Origin: Raillietiella orientalis
Lineage: Eukaryota
Assembly (NCBI GenBank): GCA_036172245.1
Contig: JAYWIR010000001.1
Location: 5,084,001-5,148,000, forward strand
Direction: 5' to 3'
Length of the DNA: 64,000 nucleotides
Made by a program: the position numbers and the translations under genes. Shown piece by piece: positions 52,754-64,000 of this stretch (the stretch's first letter is position 1; the number at the start of each line of letters is the position of its first letter). The notes under the pieces were generated by a model. It ran no database searches. It was given only the letters and a program-made list of their open reading frames with translations, and was not told where the DNA came from.

Positions 52754-54300
52754 TTTTCAACCGGGTATGCCGGGGCGTTTATTTCTAAACTATCTGGGAA
52801 CAAAGTTTCCAGACAAAGGGTACAGAAGATCGAAGGGAAGGCTTCCCGACACGCAGGCCGGTAAAACCGAAGGTCCGGAACGGGAGGGATGGGACCACAG
52901 ATAAATATATACAAAATGTAAATAAAAATATGGGGGGTTGAGGGTACATGGGTCTTCGGCTTTGGCCGTTCCTTCCTTTCAGAACCGGCGTTGGATGCCG
53001 GAGATCTTTTTCACTTCTTCTGGAAGATGAGGCCACCTGGCAGCCGTCGTCATGTCGGCGGCTAAACCTAAACTGCCTTTCTTTTGCTGTTGTGATGTTT
53101 GGGATCTGCTTCGTGTCTTTCACGAACAGGCTACCGTATTATGCACGGATAGCGCATAGGGCTCGTATAACGCGGATTCGCGTAAAGCGAGGACACTCTC
53201 TGTGCGGAGGACCACTGCACTCTCGGATTGCGCTGCGACTGCATGTCGTCGGTGCAGCTCTTCCGCCGCCCTATTGGAGACACGAAGACATCAGTCGAGA
53301 CAGCTCGCACAAGATCCGTGGGAGCACGAAAAAGGAAAACGAAAAACAGGCAAAGGTGAGTCAATTCGGCTGCTCCTCGACGCTGCACGTTCGGATGCGG
53401 TGAGGCGGCGGTGAGCACCCGAGGCAGTTTGGTGCTTGCAGTGGATCGGATCACATCTGAGCACGCAGAACTTCGGGGAGTTTCTTTAAAAGCACGAACT
53501 GAGCTCTGTTTGTAACGGTCACCACTGGCTCACAGGTTGATTTTTTTTTTTTAAAAAAAAAAAAAAGAAAAAACTTGGTGATTCGGCGTTTGGTGATCGC
53601 TGGGACGATCGAACCACGAGTTCAAAAACCTTAACTTCGCCAGCTTCGAGGCTTGGTTCTCTTGCTTCCGGACAGAAGACCGCCGCTTGCCGGAACCACG
53701 CGAAGCGGCATGACTGCCATAGCGACTTCCTCCCAGCTTGTTGTCGTCGTGCTCGTCGTCTGATCGTCAAGGACTGCTGAAGAACCGTTCGCCTCCGTCG
53801 GGGGGACTCACGAAGCTCTTTGACGCTGTTCCACGTCACTCGACGGTGCGTGTGACTTCTTCGAGTTAGGGAGGACAGCCCCGGAGGGACCACCCTATGA
53901 ATGCAGGAAGGCTCCGAAGGAAGGATTCAGTACCTCTTGCTCTTGGGAGGGAACCCTCTCCCTGGTTGTCTCCGGAAGGACCCAAGGGAGGAGAGTCACC
54001 CCTCAAGGCTCCTGGGATTTCTTCTCCGAAGGGACTCCTCGGAAAGAATCCGCTCCTCGATTCCTCCTCTGATCTCTGATTCTCGATTTCCCTCGAGGGC
54101 GCTCTCCGAAGGGAGCAGCGCGCTTCTTGCACTCTGGAAAGGCGGTTTCAACCAGCCCCATGGCACACGGTAAAGATTCTCCCCCGAGGGGGGCGACGGC
54201 CCCATTTTCACAACCGGCGGGGAACGGCTCCCTGATTCCTGGGATGACCCCGGAGGGTCGACTTCCAATCCCGGCGGCAAGTCAATCGGGGCATCTGGGA
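52754..54300 (-). mobile_element. Internally deleted copy of the same L1/Tx1-like family (putative ORF1/ORF2 junction plus 3' end)
   Basis: 53810-54300 (minus) aligns by eye to 36165-36790 (+). 52754-52940 (minus) aligns to 33690-33903 (+), with shared ACCGGCCTGCGT and a 26/32-identical terminal motif followed by an A-rich tail. Confidence 0.65.
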
Positions 54301-54605
54301 GTTTCCGGCTTCCACCGGTGCCGCACCCGAAGCCAACCGAGGCCGACCGGCGCCGTCCTGCGGGGGGGAAGGGAGGAGCGAGGGAATGAAAACTCACGGT
54401 GCGCACCCCCCGTTTCTCGGCGTCCAGATGCTCCACATGGGGATTGGAGGCGCGCAGGCGCAACGCGGGCCATAACGACTTTGCACGTATGAAGTGATTT
54501 TGTTGTTATTGTCGTTGTTTGCAAAAAAAAAAAAAAAAAGACTCAGGTCAAGAGAAACTTTATTGTTCGGATGAACCCATAAGACCAAGTTCTGCCCATG
54601 TTAAA

Positions 54606-54611
54606 TTTATT
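54606..54611 (-). promoter_or_regulatory. Probable polyadenylation signal (AATAAA) of TTLL5
   Basis: TTTATT on + about 95 nt past the stop codon. A second copy lies at 54558-54563, followed by a T-run on the minus strand (54523-54539). Confidence 0.5.
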
Positions 54612-54705
54612 ATCTAGTACATGTTTAGAATTTTTAATACTGAACAAATCAAATTATCATTATCTCATTGCCATTACAGTAGAAAAATATGGATTAAATA
54701 ATAAA

Positions 54706-57700
54706 CTATCTCGACAGGAACAAACGGGCACCGTGATGCATGTTGATGAATCTCAATAGAACTTCTTCGATGTTCAGCTCGCTAAAATACCCGCAATCCA
54801 TCAGTCGTACGTCGCGGTGGCACCTCACCTGGCTTGCTCCAGAAACTGCTGGAAGAATTCCGCTGGCATGAAGAGCTTGTTCCTACTTGAACCGCAACTG
54901 CCATCGAGACACTTCGTCTCTTCGTTGTATTGCATTATGAAGTCAGCCAAACTCTTTACGATGCGATCGGAATGACTGCCCTCATCTCCGTCCGCGGCCT
55001 GGCGGGCCAACTTTTTTTTTGACAACCATGCAAACTCCGACTTACCTGGAGCGACAAGCCATTAGGCACATTCCCAACGATCTCCAGAAAGCGCACAAGA
55101 ATCCGAATCTGCCGGGAATTATTGACGGAACCTTCACGAGTCAGGCGCTCGTGGATGCGTGTCAAGTAGTGCGAAAAGGCCTGGCGAGCTTGCAGCTGGC
55201 TCAGCATGAGCCCGTGGTCCATCATGTCAAGGATCTCTGCTACCATGCTTAGTCCTTCATTGGAGCCACTGACATCAGTTTCAGAATCTATTTATCTATC
55301 CAAGTGTGTTGTGACAATTGTGGATGGTACCTTCGGTGTTGCGCAAAGACAACTTGGACAGCGCCACGTGAAGGTCGGGCAGTGAGCGCTCGTAGCAGAG
55401 AACTCTGTCTTCTAAGGTCAGAAAACCACTCCTACTGATGCTTATGGAAAAAAGCAGAGAATGGAAGGACTTGTTTATGTCGTGGTGGCCATCGAAATAT
55501 CGTCCGTACGTGGACCACGACTCGTGCGTAGGAAAGATGCACAGGAAACCACGGCGACGCTTCTGCTCTTCCAGAAAGTCGTTGACGTAACACATGACGT
55601 CGTATTCTTGTCTGGAGTACGCTGCGCCGGTGCTTCGAGGGCGCAGATTGCCGGATTTCGACGGGCGGGCACCCTGGTATAAAACGGCATTCTCAAAGTT
55701 TCATTTCGAAGACTCGCAAAATGCAGTTTTTGAAACATCAAGCGCACAGCAGATCTGAAGCTGCACTCATCCGTTGCTGCCTCAGTGCTCTAACGGCAAG
55801 TTCGAGACGCTCTTTCGCCCCAACCATCATTAAACGCGAACTTTCGCGTGGTGATTCTCTGTGGGGGAACGCGACTGTCCACGTATATTACGCGCGCCTA
55901 ATTCGTGTACAGGATACAGTACAGGAGACAGTACGACTGCACTTTATCTACATCGCCAACTAGACCCAGCTGGACCAGCTCGAAAAATGGAGAACTCACA
56001 CTGGCACATGATGAGAACACGGGCCGAGGAGATTACGTTGAAAATCAAAGAAAAATTAAATGGCACTTTAAATCACGAGCATCTGCTCACGCGACTCTAT
56101 TCTGTGAACGTTGGGAGGACTCTTGTCCTTTTCAAATCTGATAAACGAATAGCTTTGTTCGTGCTTCATGCAGCGGTTTCTTAAGCGAAGAAGGAAATCG
56201 GGAGTGTCAAGACCGCGGCTTGAACGAAGGACAAAAGATGAGGCTCTTTACGAGCACGGATGTATAAGAGGGGGTGCCTTGGTTTCAGGTTCGAACAACT
56301 GTCTTGCTGATCATAGCGAAGACATCAGAATCTAGGAATTCTTTCGCTTCAGAAATGAAAGGCCAACACTTTTTTTCCTCACCAATTCAAAAACAGTTTA
56401 ATACCTCACCTTACCTAACGATAAAAAAAAATCACTACTGCATCCCACAGGACAACAAGCCTTTAGCTTCCCCTTCCCGTATCACGAGAGTTTGATGACG
56501 AGATGTGGACTCCAGAAACACAAAAAGAACATCCACCAGCCAGGACCAAAACACCGCGCTCAGAAACCAAATGCGGGTCCTCCACGCTTTCATACTGTTT
56601 CAACTTTCGCCGACATCCCCTCGCTTTTCACGTGGACCAAGCAATCGCCATCGAGGGGGTCCCGAGTTTCACAAGTGGGAGCCAAACTTCAATCCCTTCC
56701 GTGCTCCCGTCCCATACCTCACATGAGTCAGCCTACAATTTCTCGTACTTACGGTCAGGAAGCTAACTCCCTGTGAACTCTTCACGCTGGTCATTGAAAC
56801 CCGTCCGCTTCTGCCCAAGAGGTCCCCAATAACGCGGCGGCACTTCGCCGAAGAGCTTGGCAAAAAAAGAAAAAAAATGCAGCAGCGTCCTCGGCATGTG
56901 CGTACCACGGTTCTGCCGCAGCGAGAGAGGCAACGACTGTCTGGCGTGGAAAAGTGGGAAGCGGGACTGGAAACTTCCAGAAAAGGTTCCCACATACTCA
57001 ACCCGGAAGGTTCTCTCGCTACGTTCCCTGCAGGTGCTCTCCGAGCGGGACGCGTCCTTAGAAGGTTCTGTTCGTGTACTCCCAACCGCAATCTTACGAG
57101 TACACGATGAGGTCCGTGGGCGTGGGTGTTTTGTTTGGTGCACGAGAAAGTTCGTGCTTTACATATACATGTGTATATAAAGTCTTTCGAGGTTCCGTTG
57201 CAGCATAGCAGCCAGTCTTCGGTTTAACACCGGTATTCCGATGTCAGACGTATTGAGACACGATCCATCTCGCAGTACAATACGCAAGAGCAGGGCAGCA
57301 AAGTCCGCAGGCTACGTCCTGTGACGCCGGCCTGATGACTCTGTGCACTGATTACCGAGAAGATTCCAAAGTGGACGACGAGGCCACGAGAAAACTGCCA
57401 GCGAAAACAGACGCCACACCACCAAAAAGTCTCGACTTCTCCGAAATGAATCTCATCGTAGAAACACGGATATTCAGAGTGACTCCATTGGGAGAGGGGG
57501 AGGGGAACACCCCCCCCCCCTTTTTTTTTTTTTTGAAGTCCCTCGCTTGACACGAGGAACCAAACTTCTGTGTCGCCCGGTCTTTCCCTTTTGGGACCTC
57601 CGTCTCGAACGAGTTGCACAGAAGATTGCATTTCACTTTGGCTACATCAAGCAATTCTGCTCATCGTTCTAATTTTTGGAATTCATGTAATGAATGGAAC

Positions 57701-60387
57701 AGCAGCACTGTTTTGACTAAGAAGTGTTATTGATTGAGCGCTCAAAAAAAAAAAAAAAAGCGTCCAACTACCCTGTCGACGATGACGACGACGAGATTTT
57801 GGCCGTGTTGTCGTCAGCGTCACGAACTTTCAAAGATCATCGAATTCAGGGTGTTCTCACCCAACACAAATTCAAACACGAAAGCGAACGACCTGAACAC
57901 CCGTGAATACGAACGACATGCGACACAACGGGTTTGTAACGTAACTTATACCACATTGTACATACGGTACATTATCATTTACAAACCAACCCGATCACCT
58001 ACTACACATACGAGAAGATCATCATCATCGATGTGCGAAGCAACCGATTGCACGTGCAGATGAAAAAAATCAGTCAACTCATTCCTTATAAAGTCCCGCA
58101 CACAGTCGGAATCGAAAGGAGAGGAGGAACACAAAAACGATGGGTACGCGTTGGTTTTCTTCTGGATGAATGTCCGATGACACATCCTTGAGCCTCGATG
58201 ACTTTTGGGTCTTCTTCCGGCAACCTCTAAGAATCATGAGCTGCGTTGCTGCTACTTCTTCGTGCGTGTGAGTGTCCACTGTCGCGGGTGTACCGTCGCC
58301 GGCGGTTCCTCACGGCTTGGTGTTCTTTGGAACCGCGGCCCAGAAAAGGCGCACAGCGCTCTGCCAGGAAACACAACTTCAGACCACGTCTATGCACACA
58401 ATGCTGAAACGACGGCGCTCGACGTCTCACAAACCGCACAACTTTGCAGTTACTACTGGTGCAAACAAATAAATTCCCGTCTGAAGAAACCCGAGACTCG
58501 CATTTATTCTTAAAAGTACACCCTACTAATAACTTGCAAACGTTAAATAAAAAAAAAGAAGAAGAAAACATCAGTCAACATATAGTGCACAGTAGTAGTA
58601 CATGTCGATTGATTTACGTTTATTACCTTCACGAATGCGCCTTAATTCTCAGTCAGTAACAGCAAATTACCTTTTTTCCCTGAGGATTGACCACTGGTAT
58701 TCCTATAAGTGTGAGCAGATCTGTGATCACTGCTGATTTCACCTTCATGTCGAGAGATGTGTCACATCCCAAGGAAGGAGATAAATTGATCTCGATGAGC
58801 CACGGCTTCAGGGCAGCATCCAGCAGTATGTCGAAACCAAACAATTCTACAACCCACACTGGCCAGTGTTTACTTAATGCTCCTACCAAAACAGTTGCGA
58901 CGATGTGCGACAAACAAGTGCACAGCCTTAGCGATTGTTCCACGGGCAGACAACACGGCTTTGATAATCAGGGATTCAATCTGTTCAATCAGTCTGCTCG
59001 TGTCATGACCAGATGCCTTGAGGTGACGCAGTAACGCACTCCAGGTCCACTTGTTCCCATAATCTTCCAAGTTTGCGCTGCTGCCTCTACCCTCGGTGTC
59101 ATTTTGCAGTGAATCATGCTGCTACTTTACCTGATGTAATCATAGTGATGCTTGTTGATGCTATAATTCGTTAAATGCATGCACACATCCCATAGATTGG
59201 ATTCCTCCATGTTGTATGGAACAGATGCTACACGGACCAAACCTTCTTCATACAAATAAATTACTAAAGGATCGAAGCATGTAACGAGCACATATAATCT
59301 CAAGTCGCATTTTCTACCATCGACCAGTAACGGATTCCTAATGTACTTGGATACAACATAGTTGTTGCAATGAAGTTGGTTTAACTAATAAACACCATGA
59401 GCAACTTGAGAAAAGCAGCATGAAAAAGAGACCTTGGTGATAAGAAAAATCCCTCTTCCACGAGAAGATGCAAACGGCTTAACAATCCATGGACCTTTGT
59501 TTTTAATCATGCTGCTGCTAAGTGTGAGTAAATCCATGGGAAGTATGAAAGTTTGGGGTATTATGTCAAAATTGCGCACACCATACTGGTGCTGCATGCG
59601 CTGAATATTAAGGCACAGGCGATCTTTCCGAGTCAATTCAGTGGATCTGTAAAATTGTAAGAGGCATTAAAAATTTCTGAGATCTTAAGGGCATGTACCT
59701 GGGAAAGTGATTGACTCTTTGAAAATCATTCAAGCTGCTAAGAATATGTGGCCTGATCGAACTGCCTGTCCATAGCAAATTGAAATTATCATGTTCCTCC
59801 TGCACTTACATTTCAATAAATATGAAAGATTGTGACTTATTAGAGCAGCAGACACACTAACATGAAAAATACTATTAAACACCAAACAACTAATAAAGAA
59901 TACACCAAACAAATACTCCATGCACATGGCAAGCAACACATGCTTTGAAATTTTGAAAATAATCTCAAACAGGACAGGAGTAAGTGATGCTAAACAAAGG
60001 ATAAAAGCACATAAAAACTCAGGAAACTTAAGACAACTCCAATGTGTCATTCATTTCAAAAGTGAACTGATCTGACAGACAAACCTCCTTTAATCCATGT
60101 GAATGCATTATCAGTTTTAACAGTTTACTTTCAGAATGCATTAATTTGTATGTCATGCAGTTAGCATGTGCCCATAGTTTGGGATTCTCCAATTCACTGC
60201 AGTCATATTGTTCCAATAATTTCAATTCTTCAGTGCTTTCACCAGAAGTACATGAATGCAAAAAGCAAATTGGGGTATCATGTTGAAACTCGAAATTCAA
60301 ATCTTTTGAATGTGTGCCTTCAGTTTGTGAGGAAAGGGCTTTATTTTGAGAATAGCTGGACAATCTTCTCAGCTTATTAACTTTCAT
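54706..60387 (-). CDS. TTLL5: Tubulin polyglutamylase TTLL5; at least 10 exons, ~692 aa
   Basis: Exons (minus): 60387-60085, 59799-59699, 59646-59433, 59384-59131, 59086-58887, 58846-58671, 55673-55331, 55287-55046, 54998-54829, 54781-54706 (2079 nt). TTL core: [85 protein letters not shown]5-type downstream motifs: [37 protein letters not shown]. Extra small exons near 55720-55860 and 5' UTR exons above 60.4 kb are possible. Confidence 0.93.
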
Positions 60388-62189
60388 ACTTTATATATTT
60401 ACACAATGCTTTTAATTCTAGAAATGAATAACAAAAAAGAATAAATAAAATGAAATGAATATGCCATACTATACACATAAATGAATTTACAAGGAATTAT
60501 GGCAGCACACACTGTAAGATGCTCAAACAAGAATTGATCTATTTAGCTGCTGTGAATTGATAATTCTTACATAAGCCAGTGCCAATTTTCAATCAATATG
60601 CACAACTAAGAATGTGTGATTTGTTAATATGTATTTAAAAGTTTGGTTGAGCAGCTACATTGCTGAAATTGTGAATCACTGCATCAGCATGTAGTCCTGC
60701 ATTACAGAAACATTACAAACCAACAAATGATATCTAAACAGTCTTGACTTAAAACATAATTGATTATCAAATTCCGATAAGGATCTCTCTTTCTCTCCTA
60801 AGCTTCTGGAAAAAGGGCATAACTCGGATTTTCATCTTCATCTTTGGAGTCACTAACACAACAATAAACTTGGGAAAGCACCTATTGAAAGAAAGAAAAA
60901 ATTTCAAGCATTATAGATATTGAATAATACTTGTTTAGGTAAACACAAGCAACAAAAACAGAAACTCATGGATTTGAAAAAAAAAATTCAAAGTTTTGAA
61001 CTCAAAGTTTTAAAACCTGAAGAGTAATGTAGGGTCCATAAGTGAGTTGAAAATAGGAAATAAACCAAACCACATGAAACCCATGGAAACTTAGTTTTAA
61101 ACTACACAACCCTAAAGTACGAGTTGGCTCAATCCCAAAAACCCATCTCACTGAAGTGGGAAATGACAATGACAAATAAGAAAGCACCATGGATTCAGTC
61201 TTTATTGTTCAGGAAAACCTACAGAGCTGTAATAGGTTGTACCACGAAGCTGATTTAAAAATGCAAAACAGAGTCTTCTTCAATATTCCTTCAGGAATTT
61301 TGGGCAACTCAACAGGGAGCACAATTTGTCTCCACTCAGAAAATTCTATGATCTGTCATCAGAGAGTAACGGAAACGAAAACACTTGCAATAAAAAAGCA
61401 GCATAAAATAAGCAAACCTGGGCAGAGGACTTGGAAAACGCGAAACAAAAGTTACATGCATGGCGATCCCGCAGCTTTACATAGGATTTTCTGAGTAATT
61501 CTCAAAAAAGGATTACGATCTAGGCTGACATATGAAAAACTGCCATGTGCAATGTCGAAGCAGTAATAAGAATCATGAAGAAAAAGATCTGAAAACCAAA
61601 CTATAACACAGTTAAGAGAAAGCTGAAAATCAAATCGGTAAAGAAATTCAATTTTTACAATCAGTTATATTATTCTGTCATTACAACCCACAGACGAAAC
61701 ACAATATCCATTCATAATCTCCAGCGTTCACCTACTTTTTCAACCAACATTATGAAAGACAAATAGGCTTGCATAGTGTTCAAAGACATGAAGATTTAAA
61801 ATTTTCTGCCGTAAAAAAAAAAAAAAGGGAGAAAAAAAAAAAAAACAATTTATTCATATAACAAGAAGCACATGATACTTAAAAAAATTAACATTTAACT
61901 TGTAACGCCCAAAATGCTGACCATTACCCTGACTTGATTTTAAGGTTTCTCTTACTGTCTGGCCAGCTAATTGATCTGCTGGATCCAAACAAAGAAAACA
62001 GCAGTTTCTGGGAAGGGTGGCCATTGTCTGTGAAACCGTTTCTTGCAAAAAGTGAAAAACATCCTAATTTCTGATCTGCTCCAGTTGGGAACATCACTTA
62101 ACGGAAAACTTTAGCAAAAGACCACGTTTTTTTTTTTTCTTTTTTTTGTTCCTAAAAACAAAAGCAAACGGAACTGTTATGAATCCCGT

Positions 62190-63330
62190 TCCTCAATTCC
62201 CGGAAGTAGAACACCTAGTAACTGGTTTCCTGGATAAGTGCACTGGATTCACGATTATCAATTATTTACGCACAACGTCCGAATCCCTTTTCGTTCCCCT
62301 TAACGATCTCGGGGTGCTTTCAAAAAGGCCCGTGGTTCGAATGTTCGGGATTCTGATACGGTGGGGAGATGACCGCCCACGTTGCTTGCCTTACGGACAT
62401 GGGCAAAAACTGCACCCAAGTCGTGACCCTCGAGCCGCCTCGACCAAAAAAACGACTTGAGTCTTCAAGGGGAAATTTCCTGGTACTTGCAAAGGGGGAC
62501 GCCACTCCGTGCACCTCACACCGAGAGACACAATTCGAAAAGGAACACTTACCGTGCAGCCTGAATGTCCCTGGACGCCATAACAAACCCACACGGCCCC
62601 TTGCACAACGAGCTCCCTAGCTCGAACACCAACTCAGCAGCTACGCCTGCTTCGGCACACTGGCCAGGGCACATCGTCGACGGCCCTTCCCGTGCATCGC
62701 GATATGCCCAACACAGCTATTTCGCTGTTATTGTATCCGAAGGCAAAACCGCTTGTTTTTCTTTCTTTCTCTCCTCCTGCTCCTCTTCTCCTTTTTCATG
62801 GGATCGCTGGCCGGTCGCAAGACACGGGGAGGTGGCACACTCGAGGTGTCCGTCCGCATGCACCTGCACCTGGGCTTGCCCTCGCTAATCAGCGTCCTAC
62901 TCTTCCGCGCCGTTTTCGCAAGCTGGCAACCCTCGCTCCCTACGCGCACGGGCAGCCTGCAACTCTTACGCTTCGGTTCGGCTTACGCAGATCGCATCCC
63001 CGTCTTGGCACGGAGCGGGGGTCCCGCGTGTAATGAGCAGCCTCGAGTCATCCTTGTGGGAAAACGGTAATTGCCTTTTGCTTTAGACAAGAAAAAGTGC
63101 TCTCGAGTTCACGGCTCCCTCGCAGAAAACAAAAAATTCATGAGCATTTGAAAAAACATCTACGCTGCGATTTGCATAGGGGTACAGGTAAAAGGGGATT
63201 TTTCGAAATGAAATTTCCCCCGGAATTCCCCAAGAAAGAGACCACTTGGAAATCCGCAAGCGTCCGGAACGGTTGAAAGATTGCAAACTCTACGCGAATC
63301 AGATGGTGCCTTTTCGATCCCACGGGTTGC
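62190..63330 (+). mobile_element. Decayed non-LTR retrotransposon (endonuclease and RT remnants)
   Basis: GFTIINY...SSRGNFLVL (EN-like, 62.2-62.5 kb). LDKKKCSRVH...KFMSI*KNIYAAICIGVQVKG...PGIPQ...KLYANQ (RT domains 3-5-like, 63.08-63.31 kb). Confidence 0.5.
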
Positions 63331-63420
63331 GCGAAAGAGAAAATGAGGCGCCGTCCCCTGAAGACGGTGGTATCCCAGGTGTGGACAGCAAAGCAAAGCA
63401 AAGGACCAGGCACGCGGACA

Positions 63421-63990
63421 CATGGTGTGGTCCAAAAGTACTGGCACGAAGATCATCGAACATGTGAAAAACACGGCATTTTTTTTTTTTTTTTTTCCTG
63501 TATATTTCATTTATTCAAAATAGGAACCACCTGGCCCTGCACGCTGCTTGGCGCGGGATTCCGCCTTCTGCATGGCACTGGCGTAGTCCTTCGCATTCTC
63601 CGTGACAGCTATCTGCACGTCCTTGATGGTGTCAAACGGGGCCCCCTTTCAGCTGCAATTTCGTTTTGGGGGATTAGAAATAGTGAGGAGGAGACAAATC
63701 CGGCGAGTGCGGGTCTCCAATGCCGAGATCTGCTTCTGAGCCAGAAACTCGCGTGTCCCTTTGCTCTCGCGACAGAGAGGGACGCTGGACGAGTCGTGCG
63801 CACAGTTTCCGTTTCCTCAAATCCCCGTGTGAAATGAGCGGCGTCACGGTTTTTCGGTACGCCGACAGTTCTCCGCTGCCGTTGCTCGGGAGCTCCGTCG
63901 TCGGTCCTCTTTGAGCAGTCCTGCGACAGCGGCGACGTTCTTGTTGTCCGCTCTTGATGCTACTGGGCGGTCGGCCGCCGCCGCCGCCAT
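63421..63990 (-). mobile_element. Internally deleted mariner (Tc1/mariner) transposon remnant
   Basis: Minus-strand N-terminal part GRPPSS...NVAAVAGLLKEDRRRSSR...DLRKRKLCARLVQRPSLSREQRDTRV (HTH/WVPHEL region) is joined directly to a C-terminal part REFLAQKQI...HSPDLSPPHYF...KLQLKG..FDTIKDVQIAVT...GSYFE* (stop 63511-63513). CATGGTGTGGTCCAAAAGTAC at 63421 is TIR-like. Confidence 0.82.
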
Positions 63991-64000
63991 CGCTGTCTGT

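Overview
Eukaryotic genomic DNA, probably from an invertebrate and likely an arthropod (inferred from the protein sequences). It has two compartments. (i) 1-41.5 kb is a GC- and CpG-rich gene desert. Its six-frame ORFs are spurious, and it consists of heavily decayed L1/Tx1-like non-LTR retrotransposon fragments, purine/pyrimidine tracts, micro- and minisatellites, inverted repeats and small AT-rich islands with homeodomain-type motifs. (ii) 42.5-64 kb holds two intact minus-strand genes rebuilt by hand from splice signals: Symplekin (16 exons, ~1124 aa) and the tubulin polyglutamylase TTLL5 (at least 10 exons, ~692 aa), both with mostly 40-52-nt introns. Around them lie a decayed piggyBac (PGBD4-like), an internally deleted L1/Tx1 copy, an internally deleted mariner and an unidentified decayed coding-like tract. 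I cannot support a wholly new biological system here. The best leads are a sharp CpG boundary inside TTLL5, the very short introns including a 41-nt GC-AG intron, a non-LTR family with a conserved 3' terminus, a perfect 42-bp inverted repeat and the unidentified 48-52.5 kb tract. All family comparisons are from recalled motifs, not searches.
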